Source of the DNA: Eubacteriales bacterium
GTDB lineage: Bacteria > Bacillota > Clostridia > Oscillospirales > CAG-272
DNA length: 27,391 bases
Assembly (NCBI GenBank): GCA_045627165.1
Contig: JAZQNC010000172.1
Span: 1-27,391 of the forward strand
Direction of reading: 5' to 3'
The notes under the pieces were generated by a model. That model was not told the DNA's origin. It saw nothing but the letters and a program-made list of their open reading frames with translations, and did no database searches. The position numbers and the translations under genes were made by a program. Below are positions 17,093 to 24,934 of the stretch, piece by piece. The first letter of the stretch is position 1; the number at the start of each line of letters is the position of its first letter.

Positions 17093-17974
17093 TCACATAT
17101 AACCGTTCTTGCGGAGCTCTTCGAGTCCTCCACCGTCCTCTTTGTCCTGTTCACGGCCTGAACGCTCGGCAATATTGGCAAACTTACCGGTCTTCAGCTC
17201 CTCGATGACTTCGTCGAGGTTCTTCGCTGTGGATTCAACCGGCTTCGTGCAGGGCCAGCATCCCAGAGAACGGTAACGCTTACCCTCGCCCTGGTCGAAA
17301 TAGAGGGACACTACGGGCACGTTTTCACGTCTGATGTATTCCCATACGTCAAGCTCGGTCCAGTCAAGCAGAGGATGAATGCGGACATGAGTGCCGGGAG
17401 CGAAGTCGGTCTTGTACTGTCCCCAGAATTCGGGGGGCTGATCTCCGATATCCCAGTCGTTGTTCTTGTCACGGGGCGAGAAATACCTTTCCTTGGAACG
17501 GCTTCCCTCTTCATCGGCGCGCACGCCGACGATAACGCCGGTGTAGGGCTCGGTATTTGTATCGCGCTCATACATTCCGGTATCGTGGTTCATGCGGTAA
17601 CGGGGCCAGTCGCCGGCGAGAGTATGGGCGAGCGCCTCGGTCTTGAGGTTTTTGCAGCATTCGAGACGGGTGCAGTTGCCGTCGGGGAAAGTGCGCTTGG
17701 CGTCAAGAGCTTCCCTGTTCTCGCCGTATATCATATCGAGATGCCATTCTCTTGCGAGACGGTCGCGGTACTCTATCATTTCGGGGATCTTGTAGTGGGT
17801 ATCAACGTGTACAAGCGGAAAAGGAACCTGACCGAAAAATGCGCGGCGGGCAAGACAGAGCAGAACAGTGCTGTCCTTGCCTATCGACCACAGCATACAC
17901 AGGCTCTTGAACTGGCTGTAGGCTTCACGAAGAATATGTATACTTTTGTTTTCCAATTCGTCAAGATGATCCAT
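17093..17974 (-). CDS. cysD: Sulfate adenylyltransferase subunit 2
   Basis: [16 protein letters not shown]-motif [59 protein letters not shown] and C-terminal ER.GR.QD...GYM. GAGGTG RBS. Confidence 0.93.
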   Translation of the reverse strand: MDHLDELENKSIHILREAYSQFKSLCMLWSIGKDSTVLLCLARRAFFGQVPFPLVHVDTHYKIPEMIEYRDRLAREWHLDMIYGENREALDAKRTFPDGNCTRLECCKNLKTEALAHTLAGDWPRYRMNHDTGMYERDTNTEPYTGVIVGVRADEEGSRSKERYFSPRDKNNDWDIGDQPPEFWGQYKTDFAPGTHVRIHPLLDWTELDVWEYIRRENVPVVSLYFDQGEGKRYRSLGCWPCTKPVESTAKNLDEVIEELKTGKFANIAERSGREQDKEDGGGLEELRKNGYM

Positions 17975-18002
17975 TATCTTTCACCTCATTATCAAATACG
18001 GA

Positions 18003-19376
18003 TTACTGTATGTTTTCTTTTCGGTTTACAATATAGAATCCCATGTCGTTGCGGGTATGGGTGCGGTTATAATACATCGGACTGTCGTAGCCGTCGAGCT
18101 GGCGGAATATCGCTCCTGCTTCCTCGCAGATTATCTGCATCGCGGCGGTGTCCCACTCCATCGTGGGGCCGTGACGGTAATATACGTCCGCCATTCCCTC
18201 AGCAATGCGGCATCCCTTGAGAGAGCTTCCGGCGGAGATCACCTCGGCTACCTTCGCACGGTACTCGTCGGTAAGCATATTGTCCTTGCCGCCCGAATGA
18301 GAACGGCTCTCCATCATGATTATCCCGTCAGTTCTGTCGGACACGCGGAGCTTGTCGGTACTGCCGTTTACGGTTCTGTACGCTCCGAAGCCCTCACGCG
18401 CGTAATACAGCTCTCCCGTCACGGGCACATAAATAACGCCCATTACGCTGCGATGTTCCTCGACCAGCGCGATATTCACGGTAAATTCGCCGTTGCGCTT
18501 TATGAATTCCTTCGTGCCGTCAAGAGGATCGACCACGAAGCAGAAGCGGCTGCGCATACGGGACAGGCTGTCCTCGTTTTCCTCGGTCAGCAGGGCGATG
18601 CAGGGAAAATCCTTCGTCAGTATCTCGGTGATTATACCGTTTGCCGCAAGATCGGCTTCGGTAAGGGGAGACCTGTCGTCCTTTATCTGCACCGAGAAAT
18701 CCCGGCTGTATATCTCCAGTATCTTCTCTCCAGCCTTTACGGCAGCGTCCTTCATCACTTCAAGTATATGCTCGCGGTCGGGCTGCATACCTACGATAAA
18801 GTCGTAGAGTCTCCCGGCTTCATCCTCCGCGCTGCGGGTCTCGTCCCATTTTATAAGAAGGTCGGGGGATTCGGGAGCCTCGTAGGGCGAGGAAACGCCG
18901 GTGAAATTCTTTATCTCTCCGGCGAAAGCCTTCGCGTAAAGTCCCTTGACGTCACGTCTCGCGCACTCCTCAACAGGAGTATCGACATATACCTCGGTAA
19001 AGGCTACGCCTGCCTTTTCCGCGATACTCCGCGCATTGTCCCTCATTGCCTTCATGGGAGATATGGCGGAAACAATGGCGATGCATCCGCTGTCGGCGAT
19101 AAGCCTTGCGGCTTCGGCAATACGTCGGATATTCTCCGTTCTGTCTTCTTCGGAAAATCCCAGTCCGGCATTAAGTCCGAAACGGAGATTGTCTCCGTCA
19201 AGCAGATAGGCTCGCAGTCCGTTTTCCGTAAGAAGCTGCTCCGTCAGCACCGCTATCGTGGATTTGCCCGAACCGGAAAGTCCGGTCAGCCATATTATCC
19301 TCGGAAATGTCCCGCCCGTTCTTATGCGGTCCGCGCGGGTGATTCTTCCATTGTGATATGTAATGTTCTCTGTCAT
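18003..19376 (-). CDS. cysC: Fusion of adenylyl-sulfate kinase (CysC, N-terminal) and 3'(2'),5'-bisphosphate nucleotidase (CysQ, C-terminal)
   Basis: Start is likely ATG 19376, 457 aa. CysC motifs: [51 protein letters not shown]. CysQ motifs: KDDRSPLTEAD, VDPLDGTKEF, SRSH, GSSLK, EWDTAA. One continuous frame. Confidence 0.93.
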   Translation of the reverse strand: MTENITYHNGRITRADRIRTGGTFPRIIWLTGLSGSGKSTIAVLTEQLLTENGLRAYLLDGDNLRFGLNAGLGFSEEDRTENIRRIAEAARLIADSGCIAIVSAISPMKAMRDNARSIAEKAGVAFTEVYVDTPVEECARRDVKGLYAKAFAGEIKNFTGVSSPYEAPESPDLLIKWDETRSAEDEAGRLYDFIVGMQPDREHILEVMKDAAVKAGEKILEIYSRDFSVQIKDDRSPLTEADLAANGIITEILTKDFPCIALLTEENEDSLSRMRSRFCFVVDPLDGTKEFIKRNGEFTVNIALVEEHRSVMGVIYVPVTGELYYAREGFGAYRTVNGSTDKLRVSDRTDGIIMMESRSHSGGKDNMLTDEYRAKVAEVISAGSSLKGCRIAEGMADVYYRHGPTMEWDTAAMQIICEEAGAIFRQLDGYDSPMYYNRTHTRNDMGFYIVNRKENIQ

Positions 19377-19378
19377 GT

Positions 19379-20245
19379 TCACTGCACTCCGTAATATCCG
19401 CTCCATGCCTTATTGCCCGCGCTGTCGGTGATCTCAAATCTCGCCCAGATGTCACGCTCGGTAACGGTATATTCTCTCTCTGTCAGATCCTCGCCGCAGA
19501 TACATCTTCCGCTTATCCAGACGGCTCCGGTCTGCGCCGTTATGGTGTTTACCGGCGTACATTCAAGGTGAAGCTTATTGCCATCCCTTGTGACCTCCAG
19601 CCGCGGTCCGCGTGAGGCGTAGAGATCGCCGTTTTTTATCGCGGAAAAATAATCGCTGTCCGAAGTATACACGAAGGAGCTTCGCGCCTCGCCCTTCCAG
19701 AAATGGGTGTCATCCGCCGCGTGAAGCGCAAAACGGCATCCGGCTGAGGCAAGAATATCAAGAATCGAAGCGGAGTCCGCGCGGCTGCTGTTGTACGGCA
19801 CTATGTCGGACACCGCATTGTATATCTCCGCGCCGGCAAGACCGTGAAGCTTGATTATATCCTCCGGACGGTTCAGCGACCAGGCAGGATGAGCCAGTAT
19901 CGCCGCGCCTCCCGCCGCGTTTATCGCGTCGATGCAGAGCTGTGTCCTTTTCACCGAGCCTTCGAGACGGTAAGCGTCGTTTTTGGTTATCCCGATGGGA
20001 CATTTAAGCCCCACGCCTATGATGTGATATACTCCGTCCGCCGTGTTGTCGCCGACGTCACATTCGATGCCCGAAAACACCTTCATTCCCTCATATTCGC
20101 TTTCAGCGTTCTGTTTCCAGTGATCGGTCAGCGCGACGAAATCATATCCGGCGGCTCTGTATTCTTTCAGTGTTTCCTCGGGAGTTTTCGCCCCGTCGCT
20201 CACCTTCGTATGTATGTGAAGTCCGCCTTTATACTGCTTTTTCAT
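19379..20245 (-). CDS. PHP-domain metallohydrolase (CehA/McbA-like type)
   Basis: Start is likely ATG 20245 (GAGGA RBS), 288 aa. Motifs LHIHTKVSDG, LTDHW, YHI, AHPAWS, EIYN and ADDTH, plus a short beta-rich C-terminal domain. Confidence 0.85.
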   Translation of the reverse strand: MKKQYKGGLHIHTKVSDGAKTPEETLKEYRAAGYDFVALTDHWKQNAESEYEGMKVFSGIECDVGDNTADGVYHIIGVGLKCPIGITKNDAYRLEGSVKRTQLCIDAINAAGGAAILAHPAWSLNRPEDIIKLHGLAGAEIYNAVSDIVPYNSSRADSASILDILASAGCRFALHAADDTHFWKGEARSSFVYTSDSDYFSAIKNGDLYASRGPRLEVTRDGNKLHLECTPVNTITAQTGAVWISGRCICGEDLTEREYTVTERDIWARFEITDSAGNKAWSGYYGVQ

Positions 20246-20274
20246 AATTCCTCTTCTGAACATCATCATGCATA

Positions 20275-20304
20275 TCAGATAACAGACGACCATCTGTTAT
20301 CTGA
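20275..20304. repeat. Perfect 12-bp inverted repeat in the leader of the PHP-cysCQ-cysD operon
   Basis: TCAGATAACAGA (20275-20286), loop CGACCA, TCTGTTATCTGA (20293-20304). Confidence 0.9.
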
Positions 20305-20327
20305 CAATCGCATAAATATACATTGTA

Positions 20328-20356
20328 ATTATATCACACAATTATAAATAATTCAA
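20328..20356 (-). promoter_or_regulatory. sigma70/sigmaA promoter of the PHP-cysCQ-cysD operon
   Basis: On the minus strand: TTGAAT (20356-20351), a 17-bp spacer, and TG-A-TATAAT (hexamer 20333-20328). Confidence 0.75.
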
Positions 20357-20417
20357 CAACAACGGCACAATTCGGACGGTATTCGTCATATCATGCATAT
20401 ATGCGACAAAAACGCGG

Positions 20418-20473
20418 TTTTCAGAAACATTTTCATTTATAATCATATTACCGTCACATAGCCGCATTATAAT
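20418..20473 (+). promoter_or_regulatory. Putative activator-dependent htrA promoter
   Basis: TATAAT at 20468-20473 with no consensus -35. It is preceded by TCA trinucleotides at 20421, 20433, 20443 and 20454 (10-12 bp spacing). Confidence 0.42.
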
Positions 20474-20595
20474 ATGATCACACAGGATGAAAGTGCCTGT
20501 AATGTGTATATAAGCGGAACAAAAAGACAGGTATCGGAGTCTTATATACGGTCAGCCCGAAGCAATCAACACTTTAAGCAGGAGGAAGATAGATT

Positions 20596-22431
20596 ATGTA
20601 CAGCGAAGATAACATGAACGTAAATGAAAATGAAAACGAAAACGCAGCCGTGAACTCAGGCGAAAGCACTGCTCCGTCCGCGGCGGCAGAAGCAAAACAG
20701 GATACAGCCGAAAACACCGCCGCACAGCAGACTCTGTTCGAGAGAGCGGAAGCCGCAGACCCGGACACATCCGCCAAGACAGACAATGTTCAGCCTCAGC
20801 AGCAGGCACAGCCCCGGTATCAGCAGCCTCAGCAGACACAGCAGCAGCCTCAGAACGCGCCCTACAGTCAGGTACCGTCTCAGAACAGCGGAGAGTACAG
20901 TTACGTATATTCGGCAAACAATCCCAATGTCCGTCCGCAGAATGCGGCGCAAAATGCGGCGCAGAATCCAAATACCGCCTATACCGCAAACGCATACCGT
21001 CCCAACGGCGGTTATACCCCCGGCAATACCTACGGAGCGAACGGTTACGGTTCCAATGCCTATTCCGCAAACAATGCCTATACAGCCAATACCGCATATA
21101 ACGCGGGCGGCGCATACAACAACGGAAACATGTACTCATCCGTCCCTTCTCCCGCAGATAACGGCTCAAAGAGAAAAGCCAAGAAAGCCAAAAGACAGGG
21201 CGGCATGTCCGCCGGAGCAGTCGCCGTTCTGCTGGTGGTCTGCATTCTTCTTTCGGGCGCCGCTGGCTTCGGAGGCGCGATACTTGCCTCGAAGCTGACG
21301 GGAAACAGCGACGACGGACAGTCCAAGCTCATACTTGACGTGGGCGGTAAAGACAACTCCAATTCCGGAGGAGACAGCAGCGTTATCTACAAGTCTGTCA
21401 CACCCGAAGAAAACAAGGGTACTTCCAGCGACAGCACAGCCATCGCCAACGTAGCGGCTAAAGCCTCAGACTGTGTGGTTGAGATCGTGACCGAGGCCGT
21501 AGAGACCTCCTCCTTCTTCGGCAACTACATAACCAGCGGAGCCGGAAGCGGCGTTATTATCTCCGAAGACGGTTACATCATCACCTGCGCGCACGTTATC
21601 GAGAACGCGACCGCAATCACAGTCAAGATGACCGACGGTATGTCCTACGACGCTGCTCTGATCGGTTCGGACAGCGTTACCGATATCGGCGTTATCAAGA
21701 TAAACGTGACCGGACTTCCCCACGCGATTATCGGCGACTCTGACAGACTGGTGGTGGGCGAGGACGCGATCGCCATCGGCAATCCTCTCGGCGAGCTCGG
21801 CGGCACTGTCACAAACGGCATTATCTCCGCTCTTGACCGCGAGGTCGAAATAGATTCTCAGAAGTACAACGTTCTCCAGACGAACGCCGCCATCAATCCC
21901 GGCAACTCCGGAGGCGGTCTGTTCAATATCAATGCCGAGCTTATCGGTATCGTAAACGCAAAATCCTCGGGCAGCGGCATTGAAGGCCTCGGCTTCGCCA
22001 TCCCGATCAACGACGCCGTCTATGTTGCCGAACAGCTCATCAGCTACGGCTATATCAAGGGCAGACCCGCGCTTGGCGTTTATGTCTGCGAGATTCTTGA
22101 CTCCCAGGATTACTGGTCGCTCCGTTCCTCCGAAAACGCCGCCATCCTCAATTATGTTACCGAATACGGCGTATACTTCACCGAATACAATACCGAGCTC
22201 CAGCAGGAGGGCGGTCTCGAATTCGGAGACAGGATCATCGCCATCGACGGTATTTCCGTAAGTACTCTCGGCGACGTGAAAGCTCTGCTCAATTCCGAGT
22301 ATCATGTAGGTGATAAGGTGAAGATCACGGTGGCGCGCGTTACCGATTTCAAGCGCGGACGCACCGAGATGACAGACGTGGAGCTTACTCTCGTAGAGAA
22401 TACCCCCAGCACCCCGGAAACCGAGAACTGA
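20596..22431 (+). CDS. htrA: HtrA/DegP-family membrane-anchored serine protease
   Basis: About 200-aa low-complexity N-terminus, a TM helix from about residue 204, a trypsin domain (ITCAH333V, TDIGVIK, NPGNS438GG) and a single PDZ domain (FGDRIIAIDG). AGGAGG RBS. Confidence 0.94.
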   Translation: MYSEDNMNVNENENENAAVNSGESTAPSAAAEAKQDTAENTAAQQTLFERAEAADPDTSAKTDNVQPQQQAQPRYQQPQQTQQQPQNAPYSQVPSQNSGEYSYVYSANNPNVRPQNAAQNAAQNPNTAYTANAYRPNGGYTPGNTYGANGYGSNAYSANNAYTANTAYNAGGAYNNGNMYSSVPSPADNGSKRKAKKAKRQGGMSAGAVAVLLVVCILLSGAAGFGGAILASKLTGNSDDGQSKLILDVGGKDNSNSGGDSSVIYKSVTPEENKGTSSDSTAIANVAAKASDCVVEIVTEAVETSSFFGNYITSGAGSGVIISEDGYIITCAHVIENATAITVKMTDGMSYDAALIGSDSVTDIGVIKINVTGLPHAIIGDSDRLVVGEDAIAIGNPLGELGGTVTNGIISALDREVEIDSQKYNVLQTNAAINPGNSGGGLFNINAELIGIVNAKSSGSGIEGLGFAIPINDAVYVAEQLISYGYIKGRPALGVYVCEILDSQDYWSLRSSENAAILNYVTEYGVYFTEYNTELQQEGGLEFGDRIIAIDGISVSTLGDVKALLNSEYHVGDKVKITVARVTDFKRGRTEMTDVELTLVENTPSTPETEN

Positions 22432-22464
22432 TTTATCCGCATCAAATACCTCACAGATCTCACA

Positions 22465-22519
22465 ATAAAGCATGTCAGGGAACGGATTTTAGCACGATCC
22501 GCTCCCGATATGCTTTTAT
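22465..22519 (+). terminator. Long imperfect hairpin between htrA and the response regulator (terminator or attenuator)
   Basis: ATAAAGCAT (22465-22473) / ATGCTTTTAT (22510-22519) outer stem and GGGAACGGAT / ATCCGCTCCC inner stem. U-tail is weak. Confidence 0.55.
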
Positions 22520-22526
22520 CGGACCC

Positions 22527-22558
22527 GCACGGACATTTATGCACGGACATTTATGTCC
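22527..22558. repeat. 14-bp tandem duplication ending in a palindrome
   Basis: GCACGGACATTTAT occurs twice (22527-22540 and 22541-22554). GGACAT-TT-ATGTCC at 22545-22558. Confidence 0.88.
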
Positions 22559-22583
22559 AGTATCTCTGAAAGGACGGAAATAT

Positions 22584-23261
22584 ATGCCTGATATTCTTGT
22601 TGTTGACGATGAAGAGATGATACGCAGGCTTATCCGTAAATACGCGGAATTCGAGGGCTATGACGTCACCGAAGCCGCAAACGGAATGGAAGCCGTGCTT
22701 ACCTGCCGCCGCAGAAATTTCGATATTATAATCATGGACATAATGATGCCTGAGCTTGACGGCTTCTCCGCCTGCCGCGAGATAAAGAAAAGCTGCGACA
22801 CTCCCATAATCATGCTTTCGGCAAGAGGCGAGGAATACGACAAGGTCAACGGCTTCGAGCTTGGCATAGACGATTATGTGGTCAAGCCCTTTTCTCCTAA
22901 GGAGCTTATGCTCCGCATAGGAGCGGTACTCAAAAGAGTAAACAAGGCTCCCAAATCGGAAAACGAGATAATAAAAATCGAGGGACTTACCGCCGATTTC
23001 ACCGCAAGGCTTGTTTATATCGACGGAGAAAGAGTCGATATGTCGCCAAAGGAATACGACCTGTTTTTCTATATGCTGCGCAACAGGAATATCGCGCTGT
23101 CCCGCGAGAAGCTTATCACCGAGGTCTGGGGCTATGATTTCTACGGCGATGACCGCACTCTTGACACGCATATAAAGCTGCTGCGCAAATCTCTCGGCAG
23201 ATACGCGAAATTTATCGTCACCCTGCGCTCCGTCGGGTACCGCTTCGAGACAGACCGATAA
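22584..23261 (+). CDS. OmpR/PhoB-family response regulator
   Basis: ILVVDDE, MDIMMP phospho-acceptor Asp, LSA, DDYVVKPFS, and winged-helix LSPKEYDL / RTLDTHIKLLR / RSVGYRF. Start is likely ATG 22584 (AAGGA RBS), 225 aa. Confidence 0.95.
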   Translation: MPDILVVDDEEMIRRLIRKYAEFEGYDVTEAANGMEAVLTCRRRNFDIIIMDIMMPELDGFSACREIKKSCDTPIIMLSARGEEYDKVNGFELGIDDYVVKPFSPKELMLRIGAVLKRVNKAPKSENEIIKIEGLTADFTARLVYIDGERVDMSPKEYDLFFYMLRNRNIALSREKLITEVWGYDFYGDDRTLDTHIKLLRKSLGRYAKFIVTLRSVGYRFETDR

Positions 23262-23267
23262 TCAGCC

Positions 23268-24815
23268 ATGAACATCAACACCGATTCTTATAACCCTGCT
23301 CCTGCTGCAGGCGAAAAAAGTCGAAAGCATATCGGCGGCGCACCGATACGGGTGAGGATATTCCTCACTCTCGCGCTGTTCAGCGCGATCATAATCGTGA
23401 TATTGTGGCTTTGTCAGGTCGTGTTTCTCGATTCGATCTACAAATCCATAAAGACAGCGGAGATAACCTCCGCCGCCGAAAAGATAACCGAACATATTGA
23501 TTCATCCGATCTCAGCGAAACAGCGGAAAATATCGCTTACAGAACCGATCTCTGTGTGCTTATCATGCGCGTCAGCAACGATATCCCTGTCACCAAAACG
23601 GTAAACATCCACACACAGCAGAACTGCGCCATCCACAACGTTCAGAGCTATTCGCTCATTACGCTGTACAACAACGCGCTAAACAGCGAAAACGGCTGCG
23701 TCATGCAGCATTTCCGTTTTGATACAAAATCAAAAAGCTACCTGCTCATCGACGAGGATTTCAATCCCGACACCGATGAACCGGAAATCATGATATATTC
23801 CGCGGTAAAGGAGACCGCCTCCGGACGGAAGCTGTTCATTCTGCTCAATTCTGTTATATCTCCCGTGTCTTCCACCACGAGGACGCTTTTCTATCTGCTT
23901 ATACTGATTTCAGTTCTTCTTGCGGTGCTTTCGGTAGTGCTTGCTCTAATCTTTTCGCGCAGTATATCAAAGCCCATAGAGGAGCTTAACGTCTCGGCAA
24001 AACGTCTCGCAAAGCGCGATTACAGCGCGTCCTTCAGCGAAGAAGGCTTCCGTGAGGCCGCCGAGCTCGGAAGAACGCTGAATACCGCCGCCTCTGAGCT
24101 TTCAAAGGTGGACGATCTCTGCCGCGAGCTTATCGCAAATATCTCACACGACCTTCGTACTCCTCTGACCATGATAACCGGTTACGGCGAGGTGATCCGC
24201 GATCTTCCCGGTGAAAATACCCCGGAAAACATTCAGATAATCATAGATGAGGCAAACCGTCTCACCTCCCTGGTAAATGACGTGCTTGACATTTCCAGAT
24301 TCAGCTCCGGACAGCAGAAATTCGAATGCGGTTACTTCTGTATTACCGATTCGGTCAAAAATGCCGTCGCCAGATACGCCAAGCTCTGCGAAAGAGAAGG
24401 CTATAACATAACCTTTGAATATAATGAAGAGCTTTATGTTTACTCCGACGAGTCCCGCATCCTCCAGGTACTCTGCAATCTTATCAACAACGCCATAACC
24501 TACACGGGCGCCGACAAGCGCGTCGCTATCCGCCAGTCGCTGAACAACGGCAGGGTCAATATTTCCGTCACAGACACCGGCGATGGTATTCCGCAGGACA
24601 AGATCGAGCTCATCTGGGAACGCTACTACAAGGTGGACGCGGTACACAAGCGCGCCGCCGTGGGAACAGGACTCGGTCTTTCCATAGTCCGTCAGATAAT
24701 AGACATGGCTCACGGAAGCTGCGGCGTCAGTTCCCGCATGGGCGAGGGAAGCACCTTCTGGTTTGAGCTTGATACCGTAAACGGCTATTCGGAAATTCAA
24801 CCGTCCGACATATAA
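23268..24815 (+). CDS. Sensor histidine kinase (2 TM, HAMP, HisKA, HATPase)
   Basis: Two TM segments, HAMP SKPIEEL, H-box NISHDLRTPLT, N-box NLINNAITY, DTGDGIP and GTGLGLSI. Confidence 0.95.
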   Translation: MNINTDSYNPAPAAGEKSRKHIGGAPIRVRIFLTLALFSAIIIVILWLCQVVFLDSIYKSIKTAEITSAAEKITEHIDSSDLSETAENIAYRTDLCVLIMRVSNDIPVTKTVNIHTQQNCAIHNVQSYSLITLYNNALNSENGCVMQHFRFDTKSKSYLLIDEDFNPDTDEPEIMIYSAVKETASGRKLFILLNSVISPVSSTTRTLFYLLILISVLLAVLSVVLALIFSRSISKPIEELNVSAKRLAKRDYSASFSEEGFREAAELGRTLNTAASELSKVDDLCRELIANISHDLRTPLTMITGYGEVIRDLPGENTPENIQIIIDEANRLTSLVNDVLDISRFSSGQQKFECGYFCITDSVKNAVARYAKLCEREGYNITFEYNEELYVYSDESRILQVLCNLINNAITYTGADKRVAIRQSLNNGRVNISVTDTGDGIPQDKIELIWERYYKVDAVHKRAAVGTGLGLSIVRQIIDMAHGSCGVSSRMGEGSTFWFELDTVNGYSEIQPSDI

Positions 24816-24861
24816 ACGACAACGGCAATGCCGTTCCGCGCCGTAGTATTCTCCGTCTTTA

Positions 24862-24920
24862 CAAAATGAGCTGCCGCAGATTACGTTTTTCCGCGTAATT
24901 GCGACAGCTCTTTTCTGTTT
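24862..24920. terminator. Bidirectional terminator between the histidine kinase and ADH genes
   Basis: GAGCTG (24868-24873) / CAGCTC (24905-24910) outer stem and ATTACG/CGTAAT inner stem, with AAAA on the left and TTTTCTGTTTT on the right. Confidence 0.78.
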
Positions 24921-24934
24921 TGTTATGTTCCTTA

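Noticed and set aside
20474-20595. Structured htrA leader as a riboswitch or RNA thermometer
   Set aside because: Only short stems (ACAGG/CCTGT, AAGAC/GTCTT) are present, and I recognise no riboswitch consensus. An Rfam/Infernal scan would be needed.
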